A stretch of 64,000 nucleotides of DNA from assembly GCA_010093605.1 (NCBI GenBank), contig MU004197.1:682001-746000 (forward strand). Direction: 5' to 3'. The notes beneath the pieces were generated by a model, which was not told the DNA's origin, ran no database searches, and worked only from the letters and a program-made list of their open reading frames with translations. This document shows positions 52,321-64,000 of the stretch, piece by piece. How positions within the stretch are numbered: position 1 is the stretch's first letter; each line of letters begins with the position of its first letter. This DNA comes from Lophium mytilinum (taxonomy: Eukaryota). The position numbers and the translations under genes were made by a program.

Positions 52321-55300
52321 GACACTAAAATAGACAAAAGCAACTCCATGCACCATCTGACCATATCGGTCCCCAACCTCCCTTCCGGATCTCCTCATTC
52401 CTTAACGCTAGCGACGACATTACCGCATCAAAGCTCTAGAGCTCAGATAGATATTCCCCGTACCGCAACGCTAGCTGTTACCACTGTTCGCTAGATCAGC
52501 TAGCCACGAGGAGCGGGAAGGGGACCTTCCTCACTCGGCGGGGCGATCGGCGCCGTCGACTTCACTGTATACGCCCGTGCGGAGGGCTTGAAACGGTGAA
52601 GTAGTGGCGATGCTGAAACTACGCACGAGGTACCGCGTGGAGAGGAAGCAAACCTACGACATAGCGTTTGTGAAGCGGTGTTTTCCGATGCTATCGATCG
52701 ATCGATGTCGCTGGTGTTTCTTGGTTACAGTGATGCTTTTCGGACTAGGCAGATCTAGGCGACTATTTTGAGATAGATTTAGGAGAAGAGCAGTATTTGC
52801 ATGCGGCGGTTCCAATTGAAGGGTTTGAATGATGATAATGAGCAGAGAGTGAACGAGATATCTCACGCATACTCTACATACTAGAAATCCACCTACATCA
52901 AACGCACAAGGCGTCCACAACCTCCAGCCCATCAATCGATCTATGCACTGGTCGCGCATATCATCACCCATCAAGCACATCCGGAACAACCTACCTCATC
53001 CCCAATCCACACAGCCAGGTCCCGAACCCCAACCCCAACCGCACAAGATCATCCACCTCTCACAGCCCCACGGCTCTCCTCCAAAGCACCACGCTCTCTT
53101 TCGAACGAGTTTCAAAGTCAACTTCCCGAAAGCGCACCCATGCAGCTGGGTGGGTAGTCTCCTCGCCCAAACCGCTCCACCCGCGGAGCCTCCTCCTCTA
53201 GATACGGACACGCACAAACCTCTACTCCCCGACACGGTTAGTTCCCCCGTATCAACCGCATACATAATAAACCACCTCGGCTCCAGCGCAAGGACCTACT
53301 CGAATCCGCTTACATGCATATACATGCAAAGCACAGGAAGCAGAGGGCAGAAGACAAGATACTCCGGCGGCCCGTGATGGGGTCGAGCGGTGCGGTGGTG
53401 GTGTTTCGAAGGCGGGCTGGGGGTGCGCTAATGCAGGTACGTGCGCTCAAGATTCCCTTTTAGGGGTGAAGACCGCGATGAGGTGACGGAGGGGTGGGCA
53501 GCGGCGGTGGACTCAATGAGATGATATGGAAGCGAGTCCGTGGATAAGCTAGGAGGTTGATGGGAACGGATGGCTGCGGAGGGAGTCGTGGATGAAGAGG
53601 TGGAGCTGGGCATGTAGGGTGACGTCTCAGGGGCCGGTTGGAAAAGTGGCGATGAGGGGGTGCAGGATGTGGCTAGGGAGGGAGTTAGGCTGTTGTGTAT
53701 TGATCCTCTAGAGGATTCTTCTGGGGGGAATCGAGATCTGTGAGGGTTGGAGATCGTTCACTTGCGTGCATACAGGTGCTTCGAAGATTACGTTTGTGGG
53801 CCAGTGAGATGGAAAATCTGAATCTCTTTACTAGTTTTTGACTGGATGGTGCAGTGCCTACCACAGTGGTATTCAAAGATAATAGGACATGAGCCACAAG
53901 CAGGTCTGATGGTTGAGACAGGCGGAGTGGACCGTTTTGCCAATCACGACGATCGCACAGAACTGACAGACAACGGGTTGCTTCAATCCCCCACATTTCC
54001 ACCATACCTCGCGCTATCGCTCTATCAGCGGAAAGAGACGGCCGTCCATCAACTCGACCCTGCTCAACCTCGCTAGGCCTCCCAAGCAGCCTCATCCACG
54101 TCCTGACACAGCCCCCTCTACCCTCGCGCGCGCTCTACTGGCAGTTAAACGAGCCGCCCTCAACCACTCTTTCAACCGCTGACGAGGACCCCGACTCTTA
54201 ACAGCAGTCCTAAGCGCTTGCGCACCAGGAAGCATCACGGGATCCCGCGCGCTGACTCGCCCGCTGCAGGACCCTCCAAACGCAGCGGGGCCAGGACGAA
54301 AAGGCAAAAATGGCTGAAACACGGCCGCCCACGTGCTGATTGGCAGCACACGCTCGGGCGAGACGCCAGACAAAAGTTCCACCCACCTGCTGTCCACGGC
54401 AAGGCCAAGCGGGGCCCGCCGTTTTGTCGCCACGAGCCAGCCAGCGGTGGGCGGGAGGGGGGAGAAAGAGGCTGGCTGGGCGGGGCCGCGATTGCGTTAT
54501 TGGCGTTGGCGAAGCTTGGGGTTTTTTGGGAGAGCGGCGCTGGTGTTTCAGAGGCAGATCAAACTGCCAGCAGAAGTGCTTGTTCCTGCAGCGACTGCGA
54601 CGCACAGAGAGGGTTCGCGGGGACCAGCCACAGGTGGATGCGGCGATCGCACTGCGGATTTCAGCCCTGTTTTCGGCCCGGTCGGAGGGAGGGCTGCTGG
54701 GTGCGCGCGGCAAGACGGACGGCATCGTGAATGTGGCCGCCCGTGAAGCATCGTGTCTATAATTGTGCGCCTATCAGACTGAGGCGTGTGCCCGTGAGAC
54801 GAGTTCACGGCTGGCGGCATGAACCGTGGCCAGAGACACGGGATTTGAAAAGGGTTCCGGGCTGGAGGGTGAAAGAGGCTGTTACAGAGCGAGGCGTATC
54901 GCTCCATCCCGAGCTCTATCACGAGTTGAGTTGCGGCACATCCCACCCTCGAAGCTTGGAGCCTTCACCGCCATGCTCGACTGGGCAGCTGCTGTGGGTG
55001 CTTTGCCTCTTCGACTCGCCGTGCATATTTTGAGTCGCGGAGTAGCGAGAGAGCAGCATGGCGGTCAGACAGGGAGGGAGTGAGGGTGGTGTTGACCTCC
55101 ACATTCCGCCCACGATTGCAGATAGCCCTGCGTCGACGATCGCGATCAACGCTTCGTCGCAGCATCAACGATACTGGTAAGTCCTCGCCAGAGTCTTCAA
55201 GTCTCGTACCTCGATCGTCAACAACGCAGCGCGATCAGCGAGTCTGGAGACGAGGAGAGGAAACGCATGGTCATCGGCGGGCAGCGCTCTTTTCGGCAGC

Positions 55301-56215
55301 GTGGGTGGTGTGGAGGGAGGGAGGGATAGCGCTAGACTGCTTTCCTGCTACTCCCGGCGGCGAGCGAGCAGGAGATGCACCCGTCCCCGTCTTCGGCAAC
55401 CAAAGCGCACTGGCAAAGTGTCTCTCTGCTGCTGGTCGCCGCGATGCCGGTGCGGGTTGTCTCGCTGTCCCGTGTCGTGGTGTTGTGGTGTCTCGACATT
55501 CCAGGCCCGTTCTCCTCTGGCGCCCGTCACTCTCCCGCCTCAGGATGTAGTCCCTCACGGCGGCCAACTCACGGCAGCTCACGGCCACTCGCAGGGCCGG
55601 GCGTGGAATCGGCTAGGAATCGGCAGGGAATGTAGGCAAGGTACCGCTGTGCGGGACCAGTCAACAGCGCCGGCAGAGGAGTGGCTTCGGCTCCCTCACA
55701 GCCAACCATTACCAATGTGGATGGCCCCTCCGGGATTTGGCTGGGACTACGGGGGCGTGCGGTTGGGGCCAAGTTAGGGGCTTTGCACAGACGACTTCGC
55801 GAGGCCTCTCCTGGTGTGCTGGGTCACATCGGCGGCCCGGCCAGAAATAGATTGATCCCAAACGCCTACGCTGTGCTTAATCTCCTGTTTCACCAACTCT
55901 CCGACACCTAAAGCTGTGCCCATCCCCCCGTCTGTCTGCTGTTTCGTGTCTGAAGCACCATCGACAACGCTTCACGTCGCTCTTGCCCGCAGTCCAGCAC
56001 CACACGAGGCCGGCCCTCTCTCCGTTTTTTACCTTCTAACCACATATCTCAAACCTCACAAGTCTTTTCCAACCGCTGTGCGCTTCATACCTTTCGCTCG
56101 CCTGGCAGGACCCAAACCGAGAGCCTTAACCGTCTCAATCGTCACCCTTCATTAACCACCGTCGTCTGACCAACACGCCAAAACACCCGCAGACAGAGTC
56201 GTGTTGCAGCGCAGC

Positions 56216-58556
<2,341 letters not shown>

Positions 58557-59849
58557 CACCTTTGCGTCTAGGCACTCTGGCCTATCATATCCCGGCGGGC
58601 TCGCAGTCGTTACTCTTTCAGCATCATTTGCGTTGCATCTGGGGCCATATAGACACAACGACCTGAACACCATATTTTCCATTTACGGACCGCCAACATA
58701 GATTTCTCCTGTCCAAATTCCTGGAAAGCAGTCTTCGCATCTAGTATCTCTTATGCATTTACAAGCTTGCAGGCCTCGATTATCTCGTTCTCGTACTTTT
58801 TGCTTTTTGCTGGGGGATCAGTGGAAAATGCGTTTTTCTTTTTTATTGGTTTGGGGTTCTGCGGTAAATCGATCTACAGACTTTATGATGAGATGAAACG
58901 GTTTCATTCTCTCTCTGCCTGTTGCAACTCTTGCTTTCCTTTACGTGTTCTTTTCTCTGTTTATTTCCTTTTCGTCGGTTTTTTCTTTACCTTTTATACA
59001 GTACTTCCTTTTGTAGTGGTGTGAGCTGCGGCTTGTGTGGCTGGCTGGCGAGGTTCGTCCTCCTGCATGTGTGGCAAAATCAACGACCTGATACGGACCG
59101 GCGATCGGTTCGAGAGTCGTGCGGTTTTCTTTTTCTTGGATTGGGAGGAGAGGCTGGTGGGCCTGGTGTATTATAGAGTCGGAATTATGAATTCGGCGAA
59201 CTTTATCTTGCTGTGCTTTTGTTTGAGTGATTGTGGTGCTTTGGAGGGTTGTAAATGATCGCGTTTCTTACTAGATGCTTTTATTATTATGTGAGTCTTG
59301 CCCACCTGGTGATAGTTCCGGTTACTGACTTACAAACATATTCCAGGCGTTATATACGGCCTGCACTCGTCTTCCACTCCACGGTCACACTCCGGCATTA
59401 AGCTGTCGACCCTGATTTGCTGGAAGATACGTCGTACACCGCTATTCAGCGTGAAAGTCACAAGTGTCAGGCTGCAGTCACGGGACCTTGATCCTGAGAG
59501 AGTATACAATGTCCTGCGTCTCCCAGGATTGAAAGACTCCAGGAGAAGAAGGTTCCGGTGGTGGGATCAAAACACGAACAAGATCACCACATAGCTGGCG
59601 GGCGTGGTGTGCAGTGGGATCAAAAGGACGCAGGAGAGTTCCTCATGTTCGGTGGTACCGTGTCCTGGGGTTTCGCTCCACATCACTCAGTATTCAGTCA
59701 ATGCTGCTGACTATCTCGCTAGCAAAATACTATCTACTAGCAGCATCGAGTCTTGACAACGAGCAGGAGTGTACTCTGCTAGTCCTCAGCATTATCAGAC
59801 CGCTCGACAAAGCGTCCACCGCCTGCACTCCATAGAAACCGTTTGATGT

Positions 59850-61700
59850 CCATTTTGATCCTCTCCCTCTTTAACTTCATGCTCCATCACGTCCTCGGTG
59901 TTTCAATTTAATCCGCAACTCTTCTTCACCCGCGCCATTGCCAATAAGAGCATGCCTGTTGATGCACTACCCCTTCCTCCTCACTAGCCATCTTGTCCTC
60001 GTACCGAGTGTTTTGATTAGCCGGCACCACTCCATTCGCAGCATTCCGGAGCGTTTTTGTTGGAGCACGCATCTCATTGTGCCTTTCGATAAGGTTTTTG
60101 ATCCGCCACTCCACCATGATGTGAGGTGATCTCACATTTTGACCCGCCGACACGACTCCATGTAGTTTATTCGTCATAGGATTTTGCTGGACCAGGCACC
60201 TCATGCAAGTATTCGATTCAGATCTTTCTTCCACCACTCTTCCACCATGAATCTGGGAGAAGCCTGATTTTGACTAGTGGACACGCCTCCATGGGCGCAT
60301 TGTCCCACGAATTCTTTTTGCTGGACCACGCACACTCATTCAAGTCTTTCGTCGAGGTTTTTGATCCACCACTTCTCCACCATATATCAAGAAGACAGCT
60401 AGTTTTGACTAGCCGACAAGACTCCATTCTGGACTTCCTTCATCTTTTTTTTGGACTACGCACACTCATCGGCCTCGATCGTTGCAATCTCTGATCCACC
60501 ACTCCTCCGCCATACGACATGACGATAGCTGGTTTTGACCAGCGGACACGACTCCATGAAATGTTTCCCTGATGCCTTTATTGGAACACACACTCATGTG
60601 TGGTCTTTTGTTGGGCTTTTTGATGAACTACTCCTCGACCCATACCTCTATCGCTGAGAAGATGTTGACCAGCGGACACGACTCCATGCGTGTGTTTCTC
60701 AACCTTTTTTCTAGTCCGCACAGCTTCCTCGCTGCCATGGTCCTGGTCCCACCACCCATCGCGATTGGCGGGGCGAAGTCCGACTACCGACACGCTTCCA
60801 TTAGGAATTTTACGAACTTTTTTTGCTGGACCACGCGTCACATGCGAAAGCCGGATATCTCTTTCGATCTCCAGCCATCGTCCGAGGTTATACCAACGGT
60901 TTGGCCGCCAACACGCCTCCATCGCTCATCATATTCGGTCGGTTTTGCTGGACCACACACCACATGATAGTGTAATAGTACGGATTTTTGATCCAACACT
61001 CCTCCACCCCAGGCATCGTAATGTGCCCACTTGTGTTTGACTGCAAGCACGCCTCCATTGCTGACTTTCTCATCGACTTTTGCCTCGCTACACACCACTC
61101 AGCCACTTGTTTAGGCGCTTTTGATTCAATCCTCCTCCACCCCAGCCATGACAGTCTTTAGTGTGTTGGTTGACTGCCCGCACGCCTCCATGAAAGAATC
61201 TTTTCCCGGGTTTTGCTGGACTACACACCATGTTCAGATAATTTGGATTTGATTTCAACTCAACACCCCTCCACCCCAGCCATTACCATCTTCCTAGTGG
61301 CATCTGATTGCCAACTCGCCTCCATCCTTTTCTTCTTGGTAGACATTTTACTCACCCACACTCCACATAATCCAGATAGAGACGCGGTTTTGATCCTCCA
61401 CTCCTCCAACCTAGCCACAGCAGTCTTTAAATCGATCTGATTGCCAACACGCCTCCATGTGGTATGTCTCGCATGCGATTTTGCTCGACTGCACACCACA
61501 TCAGTCTTTTCGAAGAATTCTTTTTAATCCAACACCCCTCCACTCCAGCCACAACAATCTTCCAAGCGCAGTCTGGCTGCCAACACGCCTCCATCACCAT
61601 ATTTCCGATGTAATTTTAGGTACTCAACCACACGCCACATGTAGTTTTAGACGCCAGAGTTTTGATCCAGTACCCCTCCACCCCAGCCATGAAGCTAGGG
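59850..61700. repeat. Degenerate tandem array, ~14 units of ~120-140 bp
   Basis: A TTTTGATCCA.CACTCCTCCACC-like anchor occurs at ~60096, 60359, 60492, 60619, 60986, 61119, 61388, 61521 and 61660. ACACGCCTCCAT and TTTTGCTGGACCAC are in phase. Confidence 0.85.
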
Positions 61701-62828
61701 GTGAAACCGTTTGACCACTCGTTGAACACCCAAACATCTCCTTCTCCTCCCCTCTTCCTCCCACTGCCCCGAAAAACCAAAGAAGGGGGCGAGAGGGGGT
61801 TCTTATACCCCCCAGACCAACGAAGAGGGGTGTGTCACATGCCGCCGCTCTTCGGCGCGCGATCGGACGCCGGGGCAGATCGGGCCTGTGTCGGATAGCG
61901 GTGGGGGGCATCGTATCACGACGTGAGTTCGGGTACGTCCGGCCAGCGCAGTGGGAATCAGACTACCTTTTGACAGGGCTGATGCGACTGGGCGGGACAC
62001 CCCTCAAGGAGGTAGTGAGCGAGCAAGAGCGGAGTTTGAGGGGTGTGATTCACCCGTCGCTGAGCTTATGATCTAGAGACTGGATGCCTAAAACAGTATG
62101 AGGAAGGGATGAAAGCACGTGGGGCACGTGATGGGGTTGGGAGAGGGGTATAAAAACTTCTCCGTTTCTGCAGCGAGGCACTTTTTCTCCAGGGAGGAGG
62201 AGGGCTAGATTGTAAATCAATTGAGCCCAATAACATGAGTGGTGGTGGGGGTGGTTTTGCAAAACAATATGCACGACGAGACAATGGGGTGCTGTGGCGG
62301 CCGTGGTGTTGCAAACAATCGAAGACAACTGCCCGCATGGTGGGAGCAACTTTGCAGAATTACGATGTTATGGTGGGCTTCCCTGCCTAAGATGATGATG
62401 CTGACAATCCCTCTAGATATATACCTGCCCTTAGCTTCGACAAGTCTTGAAGGAGAGTATGGAGAGGAGGTATTGAAGGTCTTCGTCAGCGAAAAGCGAG
62501 AGATCACTGCCCCGGTTCCACCTCCATCGGATCTTATGTTGTACAGGTTGATACCGCTTCCTAGACTCCTCCATGGAACTACGGCCGGTACCACTTTAAA
62601 CCCCCAACTCCAGCTCTATCAGCAGTTTGAAGAGGTCAAGTTGACACCACTCCCCGTCTTCCTCTCCATGTTCCTGGCTTTCTGCCGATTTTGACATCCC
62701 AACCCCACTCCATGGACGTTTGAGGCCGTCATTTGATGAAAGCCCGAAACACCATCCTGCTCCGCTGAGAAAACGAGCAAGGAGCGGGGAACGGGGAGGT
62801 TTTATACTCGGAAGATGGGAAGAAGTTC

Positions 62829-62864
62829 GAGAGGCACGTGAGAGGCACGTGAGAGGCACGTGAG
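62829..62864. repeat. Perfect 11-bp tandem repeat (GAGAGGCACGT)x3 containing CACGTG E-boxes
   Basis: Read directly from the sequence. Confidence 0.9.
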
Positions 62865-64000
62865 CTATGCTTCTGAAGGCCTATCTAGCATACTTTGTCA
62901 TCGCTCACATGTTCTCTCACGTGCGTCTTTCTGATCTCTCTTATAAAAGCTTTTGTCTGCATGCAGTTGCTTTCAGCATAGGGCGACACTTGGGGTTGAA
63001 TCAAAATCGACTTGTTCAAACTGCGATGATGGGTTCTGGAGAGGAGGGTCGATTGGCTTGGGGGGATCAAAACGATGAATCATTGGTACCCGATGGCTGC
63101 TGTGGGGATTGTGTTCTGCGATTGAAACAGCAGACTGGTGAGACGATGGTGAAGCGTTGGAGGATGCTTCATTTCCAACGATGCGGAACATTGTCGTTGT
63201 CCGGTGATGCTCGATAGTAGAATATGCTGTTAGAGGAAATTACTAGCATTAGCCATGGTTTGAACTTGCTGTGACATTTGGCAAGTTGATAAAGAATACA
63301 CAGAAAGACGAAGGCGTTTGAAGTCTAGGAGGCGCTGAAGGAGCTTAGCCTGCTATCTAATATCCCATGAGCAGCATAAGCAGGAGGTAGTGCGAATCAG
63401 CAGGTGACAGTGATGAAGAGGAAACACACCCCGAACTCTCTCCCACTCCAGCCAACCACAGGTCCATGCTCAGTTTCTTTAGCGGAGTTTCGAGACAGGT
63501 ACTCCATGTGTCCCTTCAGTTCTACCTTTGAAAAGACCCTCTCCAAAAACTTCTCCTCCCGTGATTGTCGCTAACTTGACTTGGAGATGCTTTTATAGAT
63601 GGGAGAAGTTTTTGGGTTATGTGATCTCAATGGTGTGAATGTAGCGCACGGACCGTCAATCACATCTAGTTTTGCCTTTGTACTACAACACCTCTCCTTA
63701 ACATTCAATCGATGGATAGCAAATTTAGGTAAATTGATATTACTGACACTAAAGTTTCGCCGTTAACCTAGTGTCCCTCTCTTCATGCCGTTAGTACTCT
63801 ACGGCTTCAAAGGCGAGAGAGGCTATCTAGCTAGGAGGTATGCCTTCGTGCGCAATTCATCTTCTTCTTCAGCAACACAAAACCCTTTGCGCACGAGTCA
63901 TGGTGCGTACGTCGCCAACCGTGCTGCCCTTCGGTCCTCCTACACAACTTCAATCATCGGTGAGATGTTCTCTTTCCTCCTCTCCAACCAAACCGTCGAA

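Noticed and set aside
53685..55911. Many overlapping 100-170 aa ORFs upstream of STE12
   Set aside because: GC-rich promoter/leader DNA giving low-complexity ORFs on both strands without coding signatures.

Overview
Intron-rich genomic DNA from a filamentous ascomycete (Pezizomycotina-like): introns are mostly about 50 nt, GT-AG, with CTAAC/CTGAC branch points. Hand-spliced genes: a DUF2015/UPF0357-like small protein (truncated at the left edge), RPL28, HSH49/SF3B4, TOM7, a conserved hypothetical with a HeLo/STAND-N-like N-terminus, LYS9, SEC15, an orphan acidic-tailed protein, a divergent Mei2-like RRM protein, RMP1, a RING-finger protein, tRNA-Gly(CCC), GET4, an Apc9/APC16-like small protein, RAI1/DXO and STE12. 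Two things are not explained by these genes. First, a candidate ~195-nt RNA polymerase III ncRNA on the minus strand (17532-17732) has a TATA box, A-box, B-box, two G-U-containing hairpins and an oligo-T terminator, and matches no RNA class I can recognise. Second, at least seven highly diverged tandem arrays with ~108-200 bp units fill intergenic space, often just 3' of genes, and several share a GCCAC-pyrimidine core. All assignments come from reading the sequence by eye; no searches were run.
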